Numbered from the stretch's first letter, positions 19,787 through 30,324 are shown. The stretch: 64,000 bases of DNA from Cyanophora paradoxa CCMP329 (GCA_004431415.1 QPMI01000408.1:124001-188000); one strand, 5' to 3'. Notes: generated by a model not told the origin, from the sequence alone. Numbers and translations are program-made.

Positions 19787-21311
19787 ATGCGCCCGTCACA
19801 TCGACTCTCATGGTCGGAGCATTTATATATACCAACGGATAAACTCGAATATATCTTGTTCTCAGTGGAAATCCTATATAGAAAACATCGTTTATTGCAA
19901 GCGGAAAGCCCCCGTTATATGATACATCCCCAGAGTTATAAGCATTATTTATATTCTCACATACAAACATTCTATTCACACCTTCATATTTGATAAATGA
20001 CCATGTTATACCATCTTGCGATGTCGCAACATTGAAAGTTTTAATAAACGCAGCAGTTATACCTGAACCATATGCAATTATAGAAGCGATTTCATATGTA
20101 TATGGGAATGCTATTTGCAGATACTCTGTTGGAGATTCCCATATTCCGTTTATGGCGGATGCATTCGCTTCCCAACCAGTTAATGATGGGCGGGCTTTAA
20201 ATGCCTCTCTTCCAATTTTTGCAGTTGAAGCTGTAAACGCATTATCCGATAGAAGATACCAATTAGCATCGATGGGAGGTATGTTGTTAAGAGTGGATGA
20301 TACATACGATCTGACAGGGTTCTTAATCTCGTAGTTTGTTACAAGTAATTCACAGAGTCGATTTATCATGGCGTCGTTTGCTTCAATATACGATTCGGTC
20401 GCAGCTATCATTTCAGGGATCTTGGAGGTATCATCAAGAGAGTTTAATATATCTTTGGGAAGGGGAACTGAGATACGATAGTATCGAGCGTAACCTTGGT
20501 CTTCATTATATGGTAGAAACTCATGCATCTTTTCAAGAGCCGACAGTTCACTTGCAGCCATTAGCATATTGATTAATGGACTTCCAGAGGTGGAAGCAAT
20601 CCATGAGAGAATACCCCAGGTATTCACGTTCTCATAAGGATATCCGACGGTTGATGCATCTGTTTCGTTAACCTCACCACAAGAGATGCTAATTACTATA
20701 ATGTCGTCGTCGTTATCATATATCTTTTTTGCGTGACTGTAACCACAAACGCTTGGGTTATTGTTACCTGATATTGCACCATCAATTAGACACATCCCGT
20801 CGTAATCAACAGGAGCGAAATATGTAGGAGCAGCCGAGGTGGAACGCGCCGCAATCTTACTTGGTATGGTCTTGTAGTCATTGTCGTTTGCTATAAAAAT
20901 GGGTTTCATACTCACTGTGTCGAACGTCGTAATCACCACGTCTTTTAGTGAATCTTGTATGAGAGCTTCCCCAGTCACAGAGAGAATGGCGGTCTCTAAT
21001 GGTGTTACGTCGTATTTCGTATTAAAAAGGGCGTTCTCTATGATGTTTCGCGGATTCGCAAAGATCAATGGGAGATGATAGAGGTAAGTATCGTGAAGGT
21101 CGGTTGCAGTTAGTTTAGGTTCATTGGGAAATTCGGGGTTTTTCACATTAAGACCGATTGCAATAATACCGCCTGTGGATGTTCCACTTACGAGATCTAC
21201 AAGATCGATCACGCGTTTACCTGTTCTTGTTTCGATCTCTTTTAGCAACCTTGTTATGATGATTCCACGAGCGCCCCCTCCGGACAAAGACAAAACGACT
21301 TTTAGGGGCAT
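19776..21311 (-). CDS. Patatin-like phospholipase fused to an F5/8 type C (discoidin) domain
   Basis: GGGARG, GTSTGG, ARSTSAAPTYF, DGA; C-terminal EYLQI..SQDGITW..RTRYIRVYP..TMRVDV. Confidence 0.9.
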   Translation of the reverse strand: MPLKVVLSLSGGGARGIIITRLLKEIETRTGKRVIDLVDLVSGTSTGGIIAIGLNVKNPEFPNEPKLTATDLHDTYLYHLPLIFANPRNIIENALFNTKYDVTPLETAILSVTGEALIQDSLKDVVITTFDTVSMKPIFIANDNDYKTIPSKIAARSTSAAPTYFAPVDYDGMCLIDGAISGNNNPSVCGYSHAKKIYDNDDDIIVISISCGEVNETDASTVGYPYENVNTWGILSWIASTSGSPLINMLMAASELSALEKMHEFLPYNEDQGYARYYRISVPLPKDILNSLDDTSKIPEMIAATESYIEANDAMINRLCELLVTNYEIKNPVRSYVSSTLNNIPPIDANWYLLSDNAFTASTAKIGREAFKARPSLTGWEANASAINGIWESPTEYLQIAFPYTYEIASIIAYGSGITAAFIKTFNVATSQDGITWSFIKYEGVNRMFVCENINNAYNSGDVSYNGGFPLAINDVFYIGFPLRTRYIRVYPLVYINAPTMRVDVTGAFIR

Positions 21312-21359
21312 CTTTACTTATCTTAAATTTAATAAATCTGTATAAGTAGAGCAAGCAGG

Positions 21360-24300
21360 ATGAGTTTCAATTATCCAGCAAATTTACAGACAGTATCAGG
21401 TGGTGGTAAAGGGAACCCAAAACATGTGAACTTTGATAATATCACCATAAAAGGATCGGCTTCTATTGATCAGAGCGCCGATAAACCGTCGAAAACTCAT
21501 CCAAGGGTTCATGCTTTATCGGTGAACCAAACCGATCCCGATAAAGAAGATGTTAGCATTGCTTTCAGTTTGGGCAATGTTAAAAAAAACGCGGTTGCAG
21601 AGATCAAGGCAACTCGAAGGAGACCACGGAAACTTAAAACCAGTGGAACGCATCCCGATATTCCCACACGATTCGATAGCGGGCGTTTGGTTTTCAAAGT
21701 CCAGGATGAGAAGGGAGTTCATCGTAGCGGTTTGAGAATTTATAATGAAGGATCAAACGCGATTACACAAATCCCTCAGATATTACAGGTAGCCCCACAT
21801 GGTGAAGAGAATCAGATTCGCCACACCAACAGTATTTATCCGAAGGACATCGTCGACAATGCAGAAACTAACGCACTTTTTGGTTTCACTCTTCCACAGG
21901 ATACTTCCAAAGAGAAAGACTCTATCACGGTCGACAGTAGCCCCAGTCAACCAGTAGCCATTCATTTACACCCCGACCTTGTCGAAATGGATCGCCACCT
22001 TTTACCTTTGAAAACAAACACCAAAGACCTTGGTATTAGAACCCGACAATGGCGAAATATTCATGGTAGTAATGTTTATGCAAATGGGGAGCGGCTCGTT
22101 AGTGAAAAGACCATAAGAGAAATCATAGAGCATTACGGACCTACTCCGGTTCCATTTCCGCTACCATGGGATCCACCAGATCTTACACCAAAGAAACAAC
22201 CCGGTAGAGAATACACAGCGGATGAGACGGTAGCGTTTGGGCAACATTTAGTTAGTTGGGAAAAAGTTTATAATAAACCAGTTTTTAAAGATTACAAACC
22301 GCCCGCTGAGGAACTCTTAGCACCAGATATTAATGTTATACCTCTCGAACATAAAGAATGTGAAGACGTGGAAGAATTGCCGGATGGATTTGATCCTAAC
22401 CATATATTGTATGATCGTTACGAACCTTACGACGAACAACTTTTACCACATGGATTAGATCCACCTAACATAGATTACGAACAACCACATATACCAGATG
22501 AAGAGTTATTACCAGACGGATTACAGCCGGGATTTTTCGATTTTACCGTAGATTGGAGGGATATTATTAACAAACCCGAAACATTCCCACCAGATCCCCA
22601 CGAACACGAATGGGAAGACATTTTAAACAAACCGGAAAGATTTCCGCCCACAGAGCATAGGCACAATTGGGAAGATTTAGATAACATACCTACTGAATTT
22701 CCACCAGAAGACCATAGGCATAATTGGGACGAAATCGATGAGCAACCTACTTTTGCATCCGCAGGAAATGTATTAACAGATTTTCAACATGGTGTAAGTC
22801 TTTATAGAAATATTAACATAGAAGAAAGATTACAATTAAATGACCACTACCTTAATCGCATGGGAATAGAAGCAGGCACAGGAATGGAAGCCGAATTATA
22901 CATTAGACCACCCAGAAGAGAGGGGATTTTACCAATCAATGGTAATTTTGGTTTATATGAGACGAAACCCGGAATTTATTTAACAAGCTTCTACCCTGAG
23001 GATATCCCGATGACAGATGTATTACCTCCGATACCGTCACTTCCATTAGATCCAAATAGTTATGATAACAAAGATGCCGCAATCCAAATTAATGTAACAG
23101 ATGTAAGCGATTTTGACCAATCGAGACCGAAATTAGTATTTAGTCGGCAGCGTCTTTTACCAAATACTTTTATAGGAGATCGTGATGATTACAGAAGATG
23201 TGAGGTAGCATGGATAAAAACAAATTATAACGGTGGTGTTGGTGAAGGTTTATTAGAAATCAATCAAAGAGCAAGCGCCAAAAACATACACAATGAAGAT
23301 ATTTCGAGAGTGGTAACGGAAGATTATTTAGAACATCAAGGATACATTGATGAAGGCGAACTTACTAATATACTTTCTTTATTTGTTATCAAAAACGACA
23401 CAAACCTTACAGTCACAAGTAACATTTATACCAGTAACATTTCAGCAAGTAACATATGGACAAGTAACCTATGGGCAAGTAATCTATGGGCAAGTAATAT
23501 TTATGGAAGTAATTTAATAGTCGACTACTTAACTGTGAATATTGAAGCAAACCTTCCACATCATCCTACTTCGAATGTTGTCTTAGATTGGTTAGCAAAA
23601 CAAAAACACACAAAAGCAGATATTACAGATTTTGACCATACTCACACAAAATCGCAAATCACAGATTTTGACCATACTCACACAAAATCGCAAATCACAG
23701 ATTTTGACCATACTCACACAAAATCGCAAATCACAGATTTCGCCCATACTCATTTATGGGAGCATATCACAAATCCTCCGTTAACCTTCCCACCTGATTC
23801 ACACACTCATGATTATTCAGAGATTACAAATAGCAACCACAGGCACCCATGGAGCGAAATAGACGAACAGCCAGTTTTTGCCCAATTGAATGCAATCGGA
23901 AACGTTTTTAATGGAGTCACACTTTACCAATCGAGTAATACACCTGAAAGGCTATTTTTGAATGATCATTATGTTAGTCTCAATGGTTCATTTACAGGTG
24001 AAACAGGCACACCGATGGTGGGAACTCTTGCAGTAAGATTACCCAGGGATCCAATCGTAAATGGAGTGTATAGTGGCGATTTCAATGTAGGAGTAAACGA
24101 TACTTTCCCCAGTATCTATGTTACGAATTATCACCCAGGAGAAATAGGACAAGTAGCGGATTTTTCAGCAGCTATTCAAATTAACGTAACAGATCAAAGC
24201 GCATATGATGGAGCAAGACCTAAAATAGTATTCACAAGGGAGAAAGTTGTAAACTATCTTCCCGTTGCGGGACAACCCACAGATGATCACGGTAAATGTG

Positions 24301-27300
24301 AGATGGCGTGGATAAAAACAACATCAGGTGGCGCCTTAGAAGTCAATCAGAGAATGGCGGCGAAAAACTTACACAATACAACCCTTTCAGGTGTCGTTAC
24401 AGATGATTACCTAACCAATAAAGGATATCTTACGACCGCGGATTTAAGCAGTTATGCAACCGATGCAGAATTAGCGGCGGCACTTGCAGGTTATTTACCT
24501 CTTACAGGTGGGACTGTCAATGGAACCGTTAACGCTACCACATTACAAATTGGCGGAAAAACCATACCGAAAGGTTACGAATTTGATCAATTAGATAGTG
24601 TTTCGACAGATAGAAGTGCAAATAATTGGACTGTGAATTGGGGAGCGCGAACAGATCAAACAGGATGTTTTACTACACCAGTAAATGATGAAGATTGCAG
24701 CGGTTGTTGGATGCGTTGGACAATTCCAGAAGGTATGAAATCATTTTATATTCAGCATTTACCGTGGAATAGTGGTAGATATTTCGATATATACGGTGAA
24801 ACCGTTAATGGATATCAACATTTTCTAAAACGAGTTAATAACTATCAAACAATTATTATAACCGGTATTCAAGATGGGACGTATCCCGCTATTCTATTTA
24901 CTTCTATAAATTGTGAATTCTATAAAAAGGTCTTGGTAAAAGGTGTGAAAGGTCGTATTCATCTTACAGGTGTTTTCGGTTGGAGTAGACAAAGAGCAAC
25001 CGATAATGAGGTTGGTTTTATTAATTATGAGAATGTTGTTTTAAAACCGGATGTAGGCAAATATACAGATTTCGATGTAGTGACCGCTTGGAATGATGCA
25101 AACATTAGTATTGTTGGGAGTTGGGCTACAAATTGGAAACCTTCGACAGATAACCCAGTAGCAGGATTTTATAGCAATCAAGAAGGTGACGCAAGCGGTA
25201 GTGACTATGTGCAGTGTGCAGTTCCAGCAGGAATGAAAACATGTCACATTCAGTATTTATGTTGGACGAATGGGCGATATTTCGATATTCAGGGATACCG
25301 CAACAGTCGATGGAATCATATTATGAGAGTGAATACTTACCAGAATGTAATAAACACAGCCGATACATTATGGCATGACGGTTTATTATGGACTTCTGTA
25401 TTTTGTGGGAATTTTACACATATTAGAGTTGTTGCAAGAAAAGGGCGTTGTTATGTTGGATATTTTGCATGGACGAAAGAAGTAGGAAGAACAGCACCAG
25501 CGAATGGTATGATTAGTTGGGATAATGTTTATAGCAAACCGTCATTTTATTCAGCCGCAGACCTTCCAGGAACAGCAACATGGATTACAAACACTTGGTT
25601 AAAATCAACAGATAACATAGAGCGAATATGGTTTGGAAATGGTAATACGACATATATTCGAGGTTATGGAAATAGTGATGGGGTTTCAATTGAATTCAGA
25701 AACTCAGCAGATGGAGCAATTTTAAAATCTTATAACAATGGAAACCTTTGGGTAAACAACACTTTGACAGTTCCGACAATAAGCGCTACCACCATTGGTG
25801 CAACAACAATAGATGTTGCAACATTAAAAAGAAATGGTTATGACGTTCCGAAATGTTACGGTTTTGATGACGCCGTAGCAGGTGCCGCTTATCATTCATC
25901 GGGCGGAACTTGGTCGGTTGAGTATGGAACAGCTTGGGATCCAGGATATAATTATGGTAGTCATGTGTATAATAGTGAAAGTCAAGATGAAGTGTCTACA
26001 ACAACTTGGATTCAATATACAATACCCACAGCAATGGTTAATGGGACAGCATTCCTAACACATTTACCATGGAATTCTTGCCGTTACTTTGAAATTTGGG
26101 GAGTCCGTAGTAATGGAGCAACTGTATTTATTACGAGAGTTAATAACTATCACCCTTATAATAGCGATTCCGACGGTCACCACAACGGGTTAAATAATGT
26201 CCCTATTTTCCTTGCGGGTCGATTTACTCACATCCGTATTTATCCGAGAGTCGGAAGAGTTCATATTATGGGAATAGGTTTTACGCATGATCGAGCTAAT
26301 AGTAGTTCATATGGTGGTCACACCGGTTACATTTCTTGGGATAACATTTATAGTAAGCCAAATCTACTTACACCGAGTTTAGTTGGAAACATTACAGGTT
26401 TTGATACTTGGAGTGGAACAGGTAGTGGTGGTCTATCATTTAGCGGATCTTGGACGACAGGTTGGACGGCTACTAATGATAATCCCGTGGATGGATTTTA
26501 CAGCAGTGTTTCAGATGAAACGACGAGTAGTGATTGGGCGCAAATCGAAAAACCAGCAAATATGAAAACATGTCACGTTCAATATTTGTGTTGGACAAAT
26601 ACAAGATATTTCGACATTGGAGGTTATCGATCGGGTAGATGGTTCCACATTATGCGTGTAAATACTTACCAGGCTATCTCAAATTATGGAACCTCTGATT
26701 ATCACGATGGATTGGCGTGGGCTTCTTTTGCTTGTGATAACTTTTCACACGTAAGATTTGTTGCAAGTAAAGGACGGTGCCATATCGGTATGGTAGGGTG
26801 GACGAAAGAAAAAGGAAGAACCTCACCCGCAAATGGTATGATTAGTTGGGATAATATTTTTAGTAAGCCGCTGTCGGCAACTTGGTTTTCGGGAAATTGG
26901 ATTCCATCCGGCGATAATTATGATAGAATGTATTTCGCAACAGGTTCTACTACATACCTCAGAGGATATGGTGATATACCAATTCAGTTTAAAAATGAAA
27001 GCGACGCCACGATAGCTTATTTCTATCACAGTGGTTGGGCGCAAATTACCGGTTATCTGTCAGAAGGAAGCGATAGAAGATACAAAACAGATATTAAGAA
27101 GATAACAGGCGCGCTTCCAGCATTAGAAAGATTAGAAGGAGTTTCATTTAAAAGAATTGCTGACAACAAAAAGAAGGAATGTTTAGGATTAATAGCACAA
27201 GATGTTCAGAAAGTGATACCTGAGGTGGTTTCAGAAGGAGTAGATGGGTTTTTAGGAATTCAATACACAGGGTTAGTCCCTGTTCTCATTGAAGCCGTTA

Positions 27301-27389
27301 AAGAATTATCCCAGAAATGCAAACATTTAACGCAAACATGTGAAAATCTCCAAAGTCAAATAGACCAAATTAAAAATGTCACAGTATAA
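21360..27389 (+). CDS. 2009-aa fibre-like protein with C-terminal S74 intramolecular chaperone
   Basis: SDRRYK..GLIAQDV..IQYTGLVPVLIEAVKEL plus coiled coil; HxHxW..P..FPP and HTHTKSQITDF repeats; duplicated internal modules. Confidence 0.88.
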   Translation: MSFNYPANLQTVSGGGKGNPKHVNFDNITIKGSASIDQSADKPSKTHPRVHALSVNQTDPDKEDVSIAFSLGNVKKNAVAEIKATRRRPRKLKTSGTHPDIPTRFDSGRLVFKVQDEKGVHRSGLRIYNEGSNAITQIPQILQVAPHGEENQIRHTNSIYPKDIVDNAETNALFGFTLPQDTSKEKDSITVDSSPSQPVAIHLHPDLVEMDRHLLPLKTNTKDLGIRTRQWRNIHGSNVYANGERLVSEKTIREIIEHYGPTPVPFPLPWDPPDLTPKKQPGREYTADETVAFGQHLVSWEKVYNKPVFKDYKPPAEELLAPDINVIPLEHKECEDVEELPDGFDPNHILYDRYEPYDEQLLPHGLDPPNIDYEQPHIPDEELLPDGLQPGFFDFTVDWRDIINKPETFPPDPHEHEWEDILNKPERFPPTEHRHNWEDLDNIPTEFPPEDHRHNWDEIDEQPTFASAGNVLTDFQHGVSLYRNINIEERLQLNDHYLNRMGIEAGTGMEAELYIRPPRREGILPINGNFGLYETKPGIYLTSFYPEDIPMTDVLPPIPSLPLDPNSYDNKDAAIQINVTDVSDFDQSRPKLVFSRQRLLPNTFIGDRDDYRRCEVAWIKTNYNGGVGEGLLEINQRASAKNIHNEDISRVVTEDYLEHQGYIDEGELTNILSLFVIKNDTNLTVTSNIYTSNISASNIWTSNLWASNLWASNIYGSNLIVDYLTVNIEANLPHHPTSNVVLDWLAKQKHTKADITDFDHTHTKSQITDFDHTHTKSQITDFDHTHTKSQITDFAHTHLWEHITNPPLTFPPDSHTHDYSEITNSNHRHPWSEIDEQPVFAQLNAIGNVFNGVTLYQSSNTPERLFLNDHYVSLNGSFTGETGTPMVGTLAVRLPRDPIVNGVYSGDFNVGVNDTFPSIYVTNYHPGEIGQVADFSAAIQINVTDQSAYDGARPKIVFTREKVVNYLPVAGQPTDDHGKCEMAWIKTTSGGALEVNQRMAAKNLHNTTLSGVVTDDYLTNKGYLTTADLSSYATDAELAAALAGYLPLTGGTVNGTVNATTLQIGGKTIPKGYEFDQLDSVSTDRSANNWTVNWGARTDQTGCFTTPVNDEDCSGCWMRWTIPEGMKSFYIQHLPWNSGRYFDIYGETVNGYQHFLKRVNNYQTIIITGIQDGTYPAILFTSINCEFYKKVLVKGVKGRIHLTGVFGWSRQRATDNEVGFINYENVVLKPDVGKYTDFDVVTAWNDANISIVGSWATNWKPSTDNPVAGFYSNQEGDASGSDYVQCAVPAGMKTCHIQYLCWTNGRYFDIQGYRNSRWNHIMRVNTYQNVINTADTLWHDGLLWTSVFCGNFTHIRVVARKGRCYVGYFAWTKEVGRTAPANGMISWDNVYSKPSFYSAADLPGTATWITNTWLKSTDNIERIWFGNGNTTYIRGYGNSDGVSIEFRNSADGAILKSYNNGNLWVNNTLTVPTISATTIGATTIDVATLKRNGYDVPKCYGFDDAVAGAAYHSSGGTWSVEYGTAWDPGYNYGSHVYNSESQDEVSTTTWIQYTIPTAMVNGTAFLTHLPWNSCRYFEIWGVRSNGATVFITRVNNYHPYNSDSDGHHNGLNNVPIFLAGRFTHIRIYPRVGRVHIMGIGFTHDRANSSSYGGHTGYISWDNIYSKPNLLTPSLVGNITGFDTWSGTGSGGLSFSGSWTTGWTATNDNPVDGFYSSVSDETTSSDWAQIEKPANMKTCHVQYLCWTNTRYFDIGGYRSGRWFHIMRVNTYQAISNYGTSDYHDGLAWASFACDNFSHVRFVASKGRCHIGMVGWTKEKGRTSPANGMISWDNIFSKPLSATWFSGNWIPSGDNYDRMYFATGSTTYLRGYGDIPIQFKNESDATIAYFYHSGWAQITGYLSEGSDRRYKTDIKKITGALPALERLEGVSFKRIADNKKKECLGLIAQDVQKVIPEVVSEGVDGFLGIQYTGLVPVLIEAVKELSQKCKHLTQTCENLQSQIDQIKNVTV
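23607..23753 (+). repeat. 36-bp coding tandem repeat (about 4 copies; TKSQITDFDHTH)
   Basis: CACACAAAATCGCAAATCACAGATTTTGACCATACT repeated. Confidence 0.9.
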
Positions 27390-27392
27390 TAA

Positions 27393-27701
27393 ATGGCGAC
27401 CTATCCACTTGGTGGATCTCCTTCTACTTCTTCTGAGCCTGTCGCTCTTGCATTCGATACTATCAAACTTGTAGCCGCACTACAAACTGTCGAAAAAACG
27501 ATACAGCAAACCAACAAACTGTCACCAGTTGTTCATGAATATAAAAACCTCTTGGTTAATGTCCTTGCGCAATCGGCTTATGGTGATCCCGTAGCACGTT
27601 ACGGCGAATGTGATTCTAACCTTAAAGCGATGACATCAAATATCCAATGTCTAACGACCGCTTACCAATCTCTTGGATCGAATCTTATCACATTAGCTTA
27701 A
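27393..27701 (+). CDS. Hypothetical protein (102 aa)
   Basis: Closely packed ORF after the fibre gene. Confidence 0.65.
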   Translation: MATYPLGGSPSTSSEPVALAFDTIKLVAALQTVEKTIQQTNKLSPVVHEYKNLLVNVLAQSAYGDPVARYGECDSNLKAMTSNIQCLTTAYQSLGSNLITLA

Positions 27702-27737
27702 TGGTTTATTTTTCTTTCCTTCTTAGTAAAAGAAGCA

Positions 27738-28580
27738 ATGGGCGAATATAATCGTGTGCAATTACCTGTTTACGCTTTGGGATCGCCCGCCGTCCACTTT
27801 CGACAACACGAGGTAGCCGATGAAATCCGCGGTGTGGAATCTACGGAACGGGCTAATTCCGCGAATGCATTCGATAAAAACAGTATGATACGTGTGAAAG
27901 AACTACGAGCCGATAAGAATTCAGGAGTGGTTAAAACGACTCAACTTCTTGTTACAAATGCGAATTTTAACGCGGGTATTGGGCAACCTGATGCATGGGG
28001 TGTGGATATTAGAACGTTAGATTTTGACGGAGAACGTGCCGCCGCTGTTGTCCGATCAGGAGGCGCTGTTATTGGTGGCGGTTGTCGTGTGTCAGGTATG
28101 CTTGCATCCTCCGTTGCTGTTACCGATATTCCCGATACTCTACCTGAGCATGCGGAGAATCCGCAACGTATCCGTATGTATACTCCATGTGGAGACTATC
28201 CTTACGTGTTTGGAATGGTTAGAGTTGCGGTAGATAACGTAAATGCAACACAACCCGATGGAATTATGGGAAATTGGTTACTACCAAATATCGCTATTCC
28301 TAAATCTATTGAGTCTATATGTCGTTCACAAAATGGTATTATTGGTCCGGCTTATACTTTCTTTGTTCAGGGAATCGGACGCGGTAGAGGTTGGGTGGAA
28401 TTTGACAACCAGAACCCCGCAACATTCAATGTTTGGACGACAGAAGTAGGAGGTTACGATATTCTCATTTTCGGAATGCGAACAGATCCAGCCGCTGTGG
28501 CGGCTACACGTGGTCTCAATCCCGATAACAACCTAAATAACTTCTACGATGATCCGTTCCCAGGTGATCCCACACCATAA
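27738..28580 (+). CDS. Hypothetical protein, paralog of 28600-29445
   Basis: Shared blocks GVESTE, RVKELRADKNSGVVKTTQLLVTNANFNA, RSGGA.IG.G.RV.G. Confidence 0.8.
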   Translation: MGEYNRVQLPVYALGSPAVHFRQHEVADEIRGVESTERANSANAFDKNSMIRVKELRADKNSGVVKTTQLLVTNANFNAGIGQPDAWGVDIRTLDFDGERAAAVVRSGGAVIGGGCRVSGMLASSVAVTDIPDTLPEHAENPQRIRMYTPCGDYPYVFGMVRVAVDNVNATQPDGIMGNWLLPNIAIPKSIESICRSQNGIIGPAYTFFVQGIGRGRGWVEFDNQNPATFNVWTTEVGGYDILIFGMRTDPAAVAATRGLNPDNNLNNFYDDPFPGDPTP

Positions 28581-28599
28581 TTATGTTTTAATATATTAA

Positions 28600-29445
28600 A
28601 TGGCGGCACCCGCTCCACCTGAGCGTATCTTAACAGCGCAACTTTCATTAGCCGCGCCGGCTAATCACGTATTACAACATGCTGTTATCGATAATGTAGA
28701 TGGTCTCGAATCTACCGAACTTGCACCTACTCTTAATACTTTTGGTGATACGCATAAATTGCGACTGAAAGAGTTAAGATGTGACAAAAATAACGGCATT
28801 GTGAAAACTACTAAACTCCTTGTAACAAATGCAAATTTTAACGCTTTTTATGGAGATCCCGACAGTTATAATGATGATAACAAGGTTACAAACTTTGCTT
28901 ATGAATCGAGAAACGGAGCAATTAAATGTAGATCGGGAGGCGCTTACATTGGTGATGGTCTCCGAGTCGGTGGTATCATTGGAGCGCCTCTAATCGTAAA
29001 TGACCAACCAAACCCCGACGATGAGAACACACGAATTAGGACATATTGCCCAGGTATGAATGAGCCGTATATTATTAAGATTTATACAATCGTTATTAGT
29101 TTACAAACAGCGGTAGCCGATGTTTTAGAACCGTTGGGAAATCATTATAGATATAGAGACACGATACCAGAGGACATTTACGCACTATGTAGAAGAACCG
29201 ACGGAGCAAGACCACGCCTAACGATACACATTATCCCCATAGATAATTTCGGTCAAGCGTTTCACTCAATACCTCTTTTAGATACGCAAGACAACCAATT
29301 TATAATAAGAGCGACACAACTTGGAAATTATAGAGTCATTATGTATGCCGAAAGAAACGACGCAATCGCAACGGCTAACCGATTCGGTCAATATCTTAAT
29401 ACCAATCTATACAATCCAATCGGCGGCAGTGATCCGCTACCATAA
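28600..29445 (+). CDS. Hypothetical protein, paralog of 27738-28580
   Basis: GLESTE, RLKELRCDKNNGIVKTTKLLVTNANFNA, RSGGAYIGDGLRVGG. Confidence 0.8.
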   Translation: MAAPAPPERILTAQLSLAAPANHVLQHAVIDNVDGLESTELAPTLNTFGDTHKLRLKELRCDKNNGIVKTTKLLVTNANFNAFYGDPDSYNDDNKVTNFAYESRNGAIKCRSGGAYIGDGLRVGGIIGAPLIVNDQPNPDDENTRIRTYCPGMNEPYIIKIYTIVISLQTAVADVLEPLGNHYRYRDTIPEDIYALCRRTDGARPRLTIHIIPIDNFGQAFHSIPLLDTQDNQFIIRATQLGNYRVIMYAERNDAIATANRFGQYLNTNLYNPIGGSDPLP

Positions 29446-29466
29446 ATCTACGGTATATATAGAGGA

Positions 29467-29739
29467 ATGGATGAAAAAACAAAACGATTTATTGAGTCTG
29501 CGATTATGGTTCATGGACTTGATAAATTCGATTACACCGAAACTGTCTATAAGAAGGCACAAGAGAAGGTATCCGTGAGATGCCTACAATGTAATAAAGT
29601 CTTTCAGACCTACGGATTTAATCACATTAAGGGATCGGGTTGCCGACAGTGTTCCAAGAAACATTCTCATGCATACAGAAAAAAGACTACATGGGGAATC
29701 GTTATAGAAGAGAAACCGATTATGTTATATTTTGATTAA
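29467..29739 (+). CDS. Stand-alone Zn-ribbon protein, homologous to the N-terminal repeat of 8742-9473
   Basis: HG.DKFDY..V...CLQCNKVFQ...HIKGSGCRQC, without a nuclease domain. Confidence 0.75.
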   Translation: MDEKTKRFIESAIMVHGLDKFDYTETVYKKAQEKVSVRCLQCNKVFQTYGFNHIKGSGCRQCSKKHSHAYRKKTTWGIVIEEKPIMLYFD

Positions 29740-29885
29740 AGTTTCGAAAGAGAAATGAGCATCTTTCCGCATTTACCTTTGGTTATTATGCAAGTATCGA
29801 AGCAATTCGGACACGTCTTATGATAATGGAGCATTATGATATCGACCAACTCAAACGGAAATACTTTTGCTAAGATCGTTCGCAT
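29736..29885 (-). CDS. Possible 49-aa CxxC protein
   Basis: Manual translation MRTILAKVFPFELVDIIMLHYHKTCPNCFDTC...; fills an intergenic gap. Confidence 0.3.
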   Translation of the reverse strand: MRTILAKVFPFELVDIIMLHYHKTCPNCFDTCIITKGKCGKMLISLSKL

Positions 29886-29925
29886 CCTACCAATTTCGTT
29901 TTTAATTTTTCTATATAATTCATAA

Positions 29926-30324
29926 ATGAATCATCGCGGTTTCCATGTTATGTTAGATTACAAGTTCAATCATCCATTGATGGTGGGATTGGACAACATA
30001 GACACCACAACGAAGTGGTTAATGCAATTTTTTCAATCTATTATTCAAGAACAAGGTATCCGAGTTGTTCACAAGCATTGCGAGATTTTCGATGGTGGTG
30101 TTTCGCCACCGGGTTTTGCGATGGTATTACTTCTCGATGAGAGCCATTTAACCGCTCATTGTTATTCGGATCAAGGAATGTTAGCGATTGATGTATTCAC
30201 TTGCGGAACAGAAGCGCAAAGTAAGACCTCCGTAATATCTAAATTGATAGATGAGAGAATAACAGAGATCTTTTCAGGGTTGGAGAAAGCGGAGAAGCAG
30301 ATAGCAGCGCGATTTCCGAGTTAA
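29926..30324 (+). CDS. speD: S-adenosylmethionine decarboxylase-like pyruvoyl proenzyme (prokaryotic/viral class 1)
   Basis: GFHVMLD N-terminus, LLDE|SHLTAH autocleavage motif, IDVFTCG. Confidence 0.88.
   Translation: MNHRGFHVMLDYKFNHPLMVGLDNIDTTTKWLMQFFQSIIQEQGIRVVHKHCEIFDGGVSPPGFAMVLLLDESHLTAHCYSDQGMLAIDVFTCGTEAQSKTSVISKLIDERITEIFSGLEKAEKQIAARFPS

Noticed and set aside
7230-29925. Mavirus/CroV-type TCTA late promoter
   Set aside because: TCTA occurs before only some genes and is too short to distinguish from AT-rich background by eye.
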